From Deltaproteobacteria bacterium TL4 (GTDB taxonomy: Bacteria; SAR324; NAC60-12), in contig JBBCAX010000055.1 in assembly GCA_051382335.1 (NCBI GenBank), forward strand, positions 1 to 16,071: 16,071 bases of DNA, in the 5' to 3' direction. A model generated the notes under the pieces. The model did not search any database. It saw only the letters and a program-made list of their open reading frames with translations, and was not told where the DNA came from. A program made the position numbers and the translations under genes. Below are positions 1 through 7,876 of the stretch, in pieces (position 1 is the stretch's first letter; each line of letters begins with the position of its first letter).

Positions 1-60
1 TTTTACTTCTCTGGTTGAATCGTTGAAAAAATATTGTGTTATGAGTAAACGGACCTATCT

Positions 61-403
61 TTGGCAAGACCCATTCAAACAATCGAAATCTCATCAATGA
101 TGGAGCGATTCATGACAGAATCAAAGGGAACTTCAGCACCTCAGATTGGAAATCTATCGGTTCCCTCCTTCACCCGATTCCAAACCTATCCTGGCGTATT
201 CCAGGTGACGACACTGAGTTGCGATAATCCACATTGCCTCTTGTGACCATAACCCCTTAGTCACCCGTTTGGTTCATGAATTTTTATCTGGATGATCCCC
301 TGAGGCCAAACAACAATTCAAACAAAACTATCAGCAGGCTAAAAAACGAAATCAACGCTTGTGGGATTATCAAATCAACGCCAAAATGCCCAACAGGTCA
401 TGA
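61..403 (+). pseudogene. Probable degraded 5' part of the SEC-C-motif gene (frameshifted, with in-frame stops)
   Basis: ORF 61-246 ends ...SCDNPHCLL*. A one-base shift continues it as [17 protein letters not shown](293-295)[35 protein letters not shown](401-403), giving a C-x-N-P-x-C-x-C-like cluster and a helical, protein-like stretch. Reconstructed by eye only. Confidence 0.35.
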
Positions 404-629
404 CCACCTGGAAAAAGAATATTGGAAACCTGAGATTATTGAGATGCCGCAATCCCGTTATGATCAAATTAAAGAGGTCGGAGAGAGAAACTTGAAAAGG
501 CATCAAAATACGATTCAAGATACCTCTCAAATCCTACTTCCTGAGGTCGGACGCAATGAGTTGTGCCCTTGTGGAAGTGGGAAAAAATATAAGAAATGTT
601 GTGGAAAAAAAGGAATGGCGGTTCTCTGA
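276..629 (+). CDS. SEC-C metal-binding motif protein (C-terminal part reliable; probably a remnant of a longer gene)
   Basis: Canonical SEC-C motif [20 protein letters not shown] near the C-terminus. The last codons (GMAVL*) lie within the putative IS end starting at 612. Confidence 0.6.
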   Translation: MNFYLDDPLRPNNNSNKTISRLKNEINACGIIKSTPKCPTGHDHLEKEYWKPEIIEMPQSRYDQIKEVGERNLKRHQNTIQDTSQILLPEVGRNELCPCGSGKKYKKCCGKKGMAVL

Positions 630-661
630 ACTTCAATCTACCCTTCTTCACCGGAAGGTCA

Positions 662-1754
662 CTATTCATCGAAAACAATTTTCATATTTTTTTTAAATCC
701 TGCCTGTACTTTTCATCCTGTTTGATAGTCTTTGTGAGTGATATGGGTTTTGACGAATAACCCTGTTTTTGTTTGAGTCTTTTTGATAAGTTGATCCACT
801 GTCTGGTAGCTTTTGAGAATGACTCCCTTCATAGCGTTTGTCACATGAGGAAAGAGACGATGCTCAATGGGATTTCATTTAGAAGTATAAGGAGGATAGT
901 GAGCCATCCGAACCTCAATCCCTAGATCCTCAACCAATTTTTGTAAGTCTTCCTTGAAGATATAATGTCGAGAAGAATTACTGCCCCCTCCATCGGCTAA
1001 AGCCAGAATTGAAGAGGCCTTGGGATATTCGTGTCGACCATAGTTTTCCCACCAAAAGCGCAGAGTATCACAAACGAATTCACTGGTGTCTTTGCTGCTT
1101 CCAATGTTGATGAACCCTGTATTTTTCCGCTCATCATAAATCCCATAAAGTAAGACATCTCTAAATTGCCTAAAAACTCTTTTTTTTTGCGTCCATACTA
1201 ATAATGGGATTGCCTTGCTGTCGATATTCTTCTTTGAGTCGCTCTATATTTTTAAATTGTTCATCACGATTCTCTGAGGTGCCTGTACTGATGTTTTTAA
1301 GAGCGGCACGTCGAGAATATCCATGCTTTTCAAGAAGTTGCTCAACCACATAGGGACTGACTTCGAGCCCTCTCCCCTTCATCAATTCCGCGATTTGAGA
1401 AGGAGTGAGATCGGTCCATATGAGTTCCTCGTTCATCGGATCTCCGGCGGTATGTTCGCCCACAACAGTCAAAAAAACTGAATCAATTTGATCCGTAATT
1501 TCAATGATTCTCTTACGTCCGCCACCAGGTCGTCTCACTCTGTCTTTAGGCAGTTCCTCCAGAGCTTCTAATTCCTTCAGCCCCTCACAGAGGGTCGGGG
1601 CGGAACAATCTAAAATATTCGAAATATAACTGAATCCTCCATAAGGAAGCTTTTTTACTTCTATAGCAGCATAAAGACGTTTGTCTTTTTCTGAAAAACG
1701 GTCATATACTCGCTTCATGGCCGCTTCGGTTTCTGCCTCATAAAATCGATCCAT
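662..1754 (-). pseudogene. ISAzo13-family DDE transposase pseudogene
   Basis: N-terminal frame has SEKDKRLYAAIE, RVRRPGGGRK, TAGDPM, WT and ISMDAKKK. An A9G run (1179-1188) leads by -1 shift to KKKEFLGNL. A third frame gives YGIYD...KDTSEFVCDTLRFWW...ADEGGSNSSR...AHYPPYTSK*NPIEHRLF...YQTG*KV...IVFDE*. Premature TGA at 875-877 and 713-715; apparent internal deletion near 1160. Likely start is ATG 1754, preceded by GGAGG. Confidence 0.9.
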
Positions 1755-1792
1755 CACTACCTCCATTTAAAAATTAATGGAGAAAAATAGTG
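1755..1792 (-). promoter_or_regulatory. Hairpin covering the transposase ribosome-binding site
   Basis: Inverted repeat CTCCATT (1761-1767) / AATGGAG (1776-1782), extended by CACTA (1755-1759) / TAGTG (1788-1792). It would pair the GGAGG Shine-Dalgarno in read-through transcripts. Confidence 0.45.
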
Positions 1793-1870
1793 GATTTAGG
1801 CAGAAAACAAAAATTAAAAGTTTTAAGAGTTATTTTTTTGCCGTTCCATAGCAAGTTTTTTTAGAAATGA

Positions 1871-1900
1871 ACAGCCCTGTTGTGTCATGCCAGGGTTTGT
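1871..1900 (-). terminator. Possible weak terminator hairpin downstream of the transport operon
   Basis: ACAGCCCTG...CAGGGTTTGT imperfect stem about 40 bp after the stop at 1941; only a poor U-tract follows. Confidence 0.25.
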
Positions 1901-1940
1901 CCTCAGAACTGTTTTAAGTAGATTTCTGTAAAAAATAAAA

Positions 1941-2681
1941 TTAACGACGTAACGCCGCTTTTGAAAACTGTGATTCCGGTATAGAAACATCAAAATCAAT
2001 TTGATGTATCAAAACCTCGGTACCCTCTCCTTCTTTGAGCACATCTTTAAACCACATTTTTTGGGGATACCAGCGATTTTTTATTTGAAAAACTTCCTTA
2101 ATTTCCATTATTTTTAACAGCTTTCCACTTTTTGCATAAAGCTCACTTTTTAGAGGAAGAAAACGCTCCTGATCCACCCATATTTTGCGGGATTGATAAG
2201 CGATATTGCTTTGTTTTGCTTTAAGGTGCAGGACCCAGCAAAGACGATTGGAAAAAGTTTTTTCATCTTCTATGGTTGCCTCATAGTCTTCCAGTAATTT
2301 CGTATTTTCAAGCATATCTTCATAGGAAAGATCCGATCCCATAACGGATTGGCGCAACATATGTCCAGCAATTTTAATGACTCGATCAGCATGAGGATAG
2401 TAAATCCAAAGATTATTATTTTGCTTTAGCATTTTAGTCCCTTTTTCACGCACTGGAGCCAAATATTCACTGAAAGATTGTTCCTTTCCCTGAATCCAAC
2501 TTTTGGATTTAATAGTTCGGGAACCGCGAAGCGTGTGAATGATGAACGAGCTAACGGAAACCATACTTTGTCCTGTCTGGTTCTGATCCACTCGGTTTAA
2601 AATGTCTATTGCGGACAAGGAGGAGGCTAATAAGCCCGTTGGAAATAAAATACCCGTTAAAATAAAGCACAGCACTCTCAT
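1941..2681 (-). CDS. Outer membrane lipoprotein-sorting (LolA-like) periplasmic protein
   Basis: Sec signal peptide (MRVLCFILTGILFPTGLLA); family-typical motifs APVREKGTKML, LWIYYP, SVMGSDLSYED, YAKSGKLLK and terminal IPESQFSKAAL; ATGA overlap with the upstream permease stop. Confidence 0.88.
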   Translation of the reverse strand: MRVLCFILTGILFPTGLLASSLSAIDILNRVDQNQTGQSMVSVSSFIIHTLRGSRTIKSKSWIQGKEQSFSEYLAPVREKGTKMLKQNNNLWIYYPHADRVIKIAGHMLRQSVMGSDLSYEDMLENTKLLEDYEATIEDEKTFSNRLCWVLHLKAKQSNIAYQSRKIWVDQERFLPLKSELYAKSGKLLKIMEIKEVFQIKNRWYPQKMWFKDVLKEGEGTEVLIHQIDFDVSIPESQFSKAALRR

Positions 2682-3952
2682 ATTTCCAACTCCTTAAATA
2701 ATTCTGTCGTTTGACGTTTGTAAATACCAATTCCCGAAAATAAAGCACCTATCAGCGTTGCAAACAATCCCGGGAGAAACCCTATCCAGATCGTTGTTGC
2801 TGTAATTTCAGCTCTCATTACATCAGACATCAAAACTCCTGATGATTTTAATAAGCCACTAAAATCAATACCCACTTCTTGAAGATAGACGGCCGGAAGC
2901 AATCCTAGAAGAGTCCCAAGGATAGCCCCAAGACTACCAATAATGACAGATTCAATAATAAGAGTAAGATAGATGTGTTTTTGCGTTTCGCCCATCGCCA
3001 ACCGAACACCGAATTCACCATAGCGTCGAATCCCACTCATCAGTCCTGTATTCCACAGGACAATGCCCATGAGAAACACAAAAATTCCTGTAATGATATA
3101 CGTGACATTATCAAAAAGCTCGATCATAACCCCTAGATCCTCCTGATCCTTGAGGTTTACCATCAATGGAGAAAATGAGTTGTCAGGCTGTGAATATTGC
3201 TGGTTAAATTGTGAGGTAATTTGATCTGATTTTTTTTCCAGATAATGCCCTACTTTAAAGTATCCAAAGATTTCAGACGCGGCATCAGGCATATTCAACG
3301 CATCCTGAATATCAGTAATATCAGCTAACATTGCCCCTCGGTCCAAAGATTTAACGCCGAAATTGATAGTTCCAACCACTTTAAAATTATAAACGACCAT
3401 TCCGCCATCCATTCCTGAACTGATTAATGTGGCCTGTTGTCCCAAAGACAAATTGAGTTTTTTAAAGAACGTTTCACTGACCAATATTTCACCTGATTTT
3501 TCAGGCAAATAGCCTTGAACCAAAGAGTTTTTTAAATTAAGGTAATAAAATTCTTGAGTATCTTTTGAAAACAAGTCAACCGCCATTCCAGCGACAGAAC
3601 CTTGAGCAAAAGTTTCCCCCTTAGAGTCGGGAAAGTCCAATAGCCCTCCAAAACGGGTACGAAGTTGCCAGTTGACTGAAGGGTAATTGCTTTGTAAAAC
3701 CTTAAGCCAATGAGACGTTTCGCCAAGAGCCAGATCCATCGGGTTTTGTTGTTGCTGTTTAGCGTAACCTTGAGTTAACACACGAACATGCCCCGTTTGG
3801 AACCGTGCATTAGTTTCAATGAAATTTCCCAAAGCCCCCCGGATCCAAGCGTCCAAAAGGACAGTCAGCATCACTCCCGCTGATACAATCAGGATAGGGA
3901 ACAAACTTCGAGAGCGATCTCTTATCAATCCTTTAAATAAAAACCGAATCAT
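2678..3952 (-). CDS. ABC transporter permease, FtsX/MacB/LolE type
   Basis: One N-terminal TM, large periplasmic domain and three C-terminal TMs, with RRYGEFGVRLAMG. Start placed at ATG 3952 (ATGA overlap with the upstream stop, GAGGAAGG upstream); the ORF track starts at GTG 3958. Confidence 0.92.
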   Translation of the reverse strand: MIRFLFKGLIRDRSRSLFPILIVSAGVMLTVLLDAWIRGALGNFIETNARFQTGHVRVLTQGYAKQQQQNPMDLALGETSHWLKVLQSNYPSVNWQLRTRFGGLLDFPDSKGETFAQGSVAGMAVDLFSKDTQEFYYLNLKNSLVQGYLPEKSGEILVSETFFKKLNLSLGQQATLISSGMDGGMVVYNFKVVGTINFGVKSLDRGAMLADITDIQDALNMPDAASEIFGYFKVGHYLEKKSDQITSQFNQQYSQPDNSFSPLMVNLKDQEDLGVMIELFDNVTYIITGIFVFLMGIVLWNTGLMSGIRRYGEFGVRLAMGETQKHIYLTLIIESVIIGSLGAILGTLLGLLPAVYLQEVGIDFSGLLKSSGVLMSDVMRAEITATTIWIGFLPGLFATLIGALFSGIGIYKRQTTELFKELEI

Positions 3953-5124
3953 GTCCACCTTCCTCTCAAAGCCTCCGCAGGCAATAACCCTGAGATTTTC
4001 CGTGCAGGCCAGTAACTCACAAGGGCAATAAAACTCATGATGATGATGAATGTTCCGATAACCGTTTCTATGTCATACGTAGAATAAAGTCGATTGCCAA
4101 GAGCAATACCATAGTTTTGGCCAGAGATAGGGAAGGAATAACCCGTTGTTGCTAAATACCAACACAAAGGGCCTCCATAGAAAATGGCCAAAAGCGCTGC
4201 CAAAAGTCCTTGAATGACGCCTTCCAAAGTAAACAACCATGTCACCTTTGAAGACGTAAATCCCATTGCCATCAGTGTACCGACTTCTTTTTTTCTCCGG
4301 AAGATGGACAACGCCTGGGTATCAAAAATTGCTATCATACTCAGAAATAAAAGAAGAAAATATAAGAATTTTCCCCCTGAAGATTTTGCTTTTACAAATT
4401 GCTTTGTGTCTTCCAACAAGTCTTCAAGTGATTGATATTTCCATTGAGTTCCAACCTCTTGTGAGACCGTTGAGTTCATGATAATCAAGGTTGCATGGTT
4501 GGGCGTTTGGTACATTTCCTGGAGTTGTGAGAGGGAAATCCATATTTGTCCTTGATCCACAGCTGGAGCAAGCGTTTCGAAAACATGAACAATGGACAAT
4601 TCAAGCGCATCGAAGGCACCGTCACTGTTACGCCATCGGATAGTAACACTGTCACCTAAAGTTAGACCAGTTTGTTTTGACATTCCGTTCCCAATCATAG
4701 CAGGAATCCCAGTGTTTGATTGGGAAGAATTCAGATATTTCGTAGGCAAAGACAAAACATTCTGGTGAGGGATGATTCCTTTAAGCAAAACGGATTGAAT
4801 ACGTCCCTCTGGATAAGCGGTAGCAGGTATGATTAATAGAGGAACCGCATTGCCATTACGAATCGTTTGGTGAAGGACGTCGGGAATTGGCGCATGGCTG
4901 TCCTCCAAAGAAAGCGGATCCAAAGGATCGTAAGATGGGTGCCAATACTGCCCCTGCCCCAGTTCATCACTAATCCGAATTTGAGATATTTGGTCATACA
5001 TTCCCTGATACATCCCTTGCATCGCAATGATACACACAAAGGTTAATGAAAGAATCAACGTATTGAGCCAAGTTCTCAATCCACCTGACAGAACATTTTT
5101 CAATCCTAATTGAAAAATAACCAT
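3949..5124 (-). CDS. ABC transporter permease, FtsX/MacB/LolC type
   Basis: Same 1+3 TM topology; RRKKEVGTLMAMG and terminal YWPARKISGLLPAEALR motifs. Confidence 0.92.
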   Translation of the reverse strand: MVIFQLGLKNVLSGGLRTWLNTLILSLTFVCIIAMQGMYQGMYDQISQIRISDELGQGQYWHPSYDPLDPLSLEDSHAPIPDVLHQTIRNGNAVPLLIIPATAYPEGRIQSVLLKGIIPHQNVLSLPTKYLNSSQSNTGIPAMIGNGMSKQTGLTLGDSVTIRWRNSDGAFDALELSIVHVFETLAPAVDQGQIWISLSQLQEMYQTPNHATLIIMNSTVSQEVGTQWKYQSLEDLLEDTKQFVKAKSSGGKFLYFLLLFLSMIAIFDTQALSIFRRKKEVGTLMAMGFTSSKVTWLFTLEGVIQGLLAALLAIFYGGPLCWYLATTGYSFPISGQNYGIALGNRLYSTYDIETVIGTFIIIMSFIALVSYWPARKISGLLPAEALRGRWT

Positions 5125-5160
5125 ACAACCCTTTTCTGTATTGGATGATGTCGCGTTAAA

Positions 5161-5847
5161 TCATTCCTCATGAACCACTTTCCCATCGTTTAATGTAATC
5201 TTACGATCCAAGTAGTTTATCACCTTTTGATCATGGGTAGAAAACAAAAAAGTCGTTTGTAATTCTTGATTTAATTGTTTCATCGTTTTGAGTACAATAT
5301 GAGAATTTTCTGCGTCTAAATTAGCAGTCGGCTCGTCAGCCAGCACAATACCAGGACGTTTTACCATAACTCTGGCAATAGCGACACGTTGACATTGCCC
5401 TCCTGAAAGTTGAGGTGGTTTTTGATCTTTTTTTTCGCTCAAGCCGACCCACTCCAGTGTTTCCCTAATTCTTTTGTTACGCTCTGACCAAGAAATCTTG
5501 AGTAACAAAAGGGGGAGTTCTACATTTTCATAAACGGTATATACCGGTAAGAGGTTGTGAGTTTGAAAAATAAATCCAAGGTGTTTGCATCTTAGCTCCG
5601 CAGACGCTTTAGGAGTGAGTTGAGCCACATCGTTCCCCATCACATTGACGATTCCATTTGTGGGTTTATCCAAAGCGCCAATAATATTAAGCAAGGTCGT
5701 TTTCCCTGAGCCACTGGGACCTATAAATCCTGCGAACTCACCTTTATCAAAATTGAGATTGATTTGAGTTAAGGCATAAAACTGTCCATTGGCTACGGGA
5801 AAGACTTTATCCAGGTTGTTGATTGAGATGATGGGAGATTCAGACAT
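5161..5847 (-). CDS. ABC transporter ATP-binding protein, LolD/MacB type
   Basis: Walker A GPSGSGKTT, GFIFQ Q-loop, LSGGQCQRVAIAR signature, VLADEPTANLD Walker B/D-loop, STHD switch. Start at ATG 5847 with an AGGAG RBS; the ORF track extends to 5874. Confidence 0.96.
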   Translation of the reverse strand: MSESPIISINNLDKVFPVANGQFYALTQINLNFDKGEFAGFIGPSGSGKTTLLNIIGALDKPTNGIVNVMGNDVAQLTPKASAELRCKHLGFIFQTHNLLPVYTVYENVELPLLLLKISWSERNKRIRETLEWVGLSEKKDQKPPQLSGGQCQRVAIARVMVKRPGIVLADEPTANLDAENSHIVLKTMKQLNQELQTTFLFSTHDQKVINYLDRKITLNDGKVVHEE

Positions 5848-5877
5848 AAAGGGACTCCTGTTTTGTGAGATCATAAT

Positions 5878-7086
5878 TTAATGATTATATTGTAGGAGTA
5901 ATCGAATCGTGTTCTGCTGAGAATTATCCGAGAAACCCTCAACTACGTCACCCGAACGATTGGACCCATTTTGTTTCAACTGCAAACCCGTATTTACAAG
6001 AAAGTCATCATACGTCCTTTGCCAAGCGATATTCAGGGTGGTGATGTTTTCATTCTGAGAATGGTTTAACAGCCCAATCAATAGTACTTGATCCAGTAAA
6101 CTTAGGGAATAGCTTTGATTGTAAGCCACTGTCCACGACGTTTGTACCTCTTGTTTGGATTCATTACTTACTTGGACTTCCATGATTTCCAAAGAACAAT
6201 ATAGCCCCCTTCCAAAATCAAAAGTATAATCGGTTCCTAACATTCCAATAAACTGTTGATGGATTACCCCACTATCAATCTGCAGTAAGACAGACTCCAT
6301 CCAAATTCCAACGCCAACATCCCACTGGCCATCGAGTCCAATTCGATCTTCACTGGCCTTGACATCGAGAGCTTCGGACATCAAAATGCCATAATAACGT
6401 CCCACATTGATATCACGTTGATGGAGCGAAAACGCGATTTCTCCATTTGAAACTGGAAGTTGGAAACGCCCCCCAAATTCTGGCTGATCCTGCCACGTTG
6501 AGAAAGGAGAAATACCCATGCCATCCCTGTTCCCATAAAGAATCCATATCCAATAATTCGAATCATTTGCAGAATAATTCCTTAATAATAAGGCACGAAC
6601 ACCTTCGGTAAATTTTGTAGGATCTAGGGGATCTATCCGGTCGAACCACTGTAACGGACGTAAAATTTTACCAGGTCCAAAGTTAATTTTTTGCAACCCT
6701 ATTCGAATTTCTAAATCATCAGTGTATATCCGCCCCCAAAGCCGATGAGCCTTGCTATCGCCGCTCGATTCTATACCTTCATCACTGTTTTGAATGACAT
6801 CCACATAGAAATTTACGGCAATTTCCGCATCTGCGTTCCAGCCCGATTGAAATTTCCGCGTCCACTGTGGAGTTAGAGTTGGTAAATAACGGACTCCACC
6901 TTCGTCAGTATCCCAATTACCTCGTTCCAAATCAAGCCAGGTGCTTGCCTCACCATGAAAATCGAAGGTCTGATCCGCCCAAAGTACGCAGAAAAAGCCC
7001 AAAGACAGAAAATATAACACAAACGTCGCAACAGCCCTTGGCAACCTATTTTTTGCTGGTAGCATTTCTTTACCCGACACACGCAT
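5878..7086 (-). CDS. Hypothetical exported protein, probable outer-membrane beta-barrel
   Basis: Signal peptide ending about CVLWA|DQ; alternating hydrophobic/aromatic beta-strand pattern; LEIRIGLQKINFG...DPLDP segment; C-terminal strand TIRLLLQYNH; GAGGA RBS before ATG 7086. Confidence 0.7.
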   Translation of the reverse strand: MRVSGKEMLPAKNRLPRAVATFVLYFLSLGFFCVLWADQTFDFHGEASTWLDLERGNWDTDEGGVRYLPTLTPQWTRKFQSGWNADAEIAVNFYVDVIQNSDEGIESSGDSKAHRLWGRIYTDDLEIRIGLQKINFGPGKILRPLQWFDRIDPLDPTKFTEGVRALLLRNYSANDSNYWIWILYGNRDGMGISPFSTWQDQPEFGGRFQLPVSNGEIAFSLHQRDINVGRYYGILMSEALDVKASEDRIGLDGQWDVGVGIWMESVLLQIDSGVIHQQFIGMLGTDYTFDFGRGLYCSLEIMEVQVSNESKQEVQTSWTVAYNQSYSLSLLDQVLLIGLLNHSQNENITTLNIAWQRTYDDFLVNTGLQLKQNGSNRSGDVVEGFSDNSQQNTIRLLLQYNH

Positions 7087-7091
7087 CAAAA

Positions 7092-7814
7092 TTACAATTC
7101 CTCAAGCATTCTTCTAGCGGCAGGCCAGTTATAATGCTCGCTATCCCAGCGATAAGTGGGTTTGGCAATGGCGAGACAGCGTTCCAATTCTTTACGGGCT
7201 TCAACCTTTTTTTTCTGTTCCACATACACCACTGACAGTTTTTCGCTGGCGTAGGTCAAATTAGGGTCAAGCTGTGTGGCTTCATAAGCAAGTTTTTCCG
7301 CTTTTTTCAAATCTTTCATTGGCCACGGAAGGCGAGTATAGATAGAAGACAAAACCACTCGTCCTTGAATTGCCCAGGGACTATCGGGCGCATTTTTAAT
7401 AAGCGTTTCCATCTTCTTTTTAGCATCATTGATCCAAACTAACGCACTGGCATTACCCAGAAGTTGTCCTATCCGGGCGGAACAACATCCTATCCAATAT
7501 TGACCATCCAAAGAATCGGGATTCGATTTTAACAAAGTTTTCGCATAATCCATTGTTTGTTGGTACATTGCCTTGCGTTGTTCTTTATCCGATGCGGCGT
7601 CTGCTCTTTTGAAGGTAATATCCGCAAGTCCCAACAAAGCATTTTCGTTAGTGGAATCTAAAGATAAGGCTTGCTGAAACAAATCATAGGCTTGATCCAG
7701 TAAACTTTCATCCTGATAGGCTTCTTCAAGCAAATGAGCCGCTTTAGAAAGCAGTTGAGATAAATCTTGGCTGTGTGTACTAGTGTTCATTAGGGAAACA
7801 GAAATCTCTGACAT
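7092..7814 (-). CDS. Tetratricopeptide-repeat protein
   Basis: TPR-like helical repeats (AYDLFQQALSLDSTNENALLGLA; LKSNPDSLDGQYWIG; AEKLAYEATQLDPN...; EARKELERCLAI); no signal peptide visible; AGAGG RBS. Confidence 0.85.
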   Translation of the reverse strand: MSEISVSLMNTSTHSQDLSQLLSKAAHLLEEAYQDESLLDQAYDLFQQALSLDSTNENALLGLADITFKRADAASDKEQRKAMYQQTMDYAKTLLKSNPDSLDGQYWIGCCSARIGQLLGNASALVWINDAKKKMETLIKNAPDSPWAIQGRVVLSSIYTRLPWPMKDLKKAEKLAYEATQLDPNLTYASEKLSVVYVEQKKKVEARKELERCLAIAKPTYRWDSEHYNWPAARRMLEEL

Positions 7815-7876
7815 AGGAACCTCTTTTATAAAATTAGATACGATTTGAGCGTTGAAAGATAGAACGATTCATCCGA

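Larger units (their letters stand above)
612..1847 (-). mobile_element. Decayed ISAzo13-family insertion sequence
   Basis: Transposase homology 662-1754. The upstream end reads (minus strand) GGAACGGCAAAAAAAATAACTC from 1847. The other end keeps only GGAATGGC at 612-619 (7/8 match). Flanks are AAA and ATA, an imperfect 3-bp duplication. Confidence 0.8.

Noticed and set aside
469..678. 69-aa minus-strand ORF
   Set aside because: Antisense to the SEC-C motif, spans the IS junction and shows no transposase similarity.
2678..5847. Naming the ABC genes lolC/lolD/lolE or macB
   Set aside because: The fold class matches, but the context (barrel, TPR, dehydrogenase, no MacA/TolC) indicates a paralogous system; orthology cannot be shown by eye.
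2551..7235. Short overlapping ORFs (2551-2748, 3532-3726, 3819-4031, 4214-4435, 4266-4481, 4833-5039, 6381-6566, 6867-7235, 6873-7082)
   Set aside because: Alternative-frame or antisense shadows of well-supported genes, without motifs.
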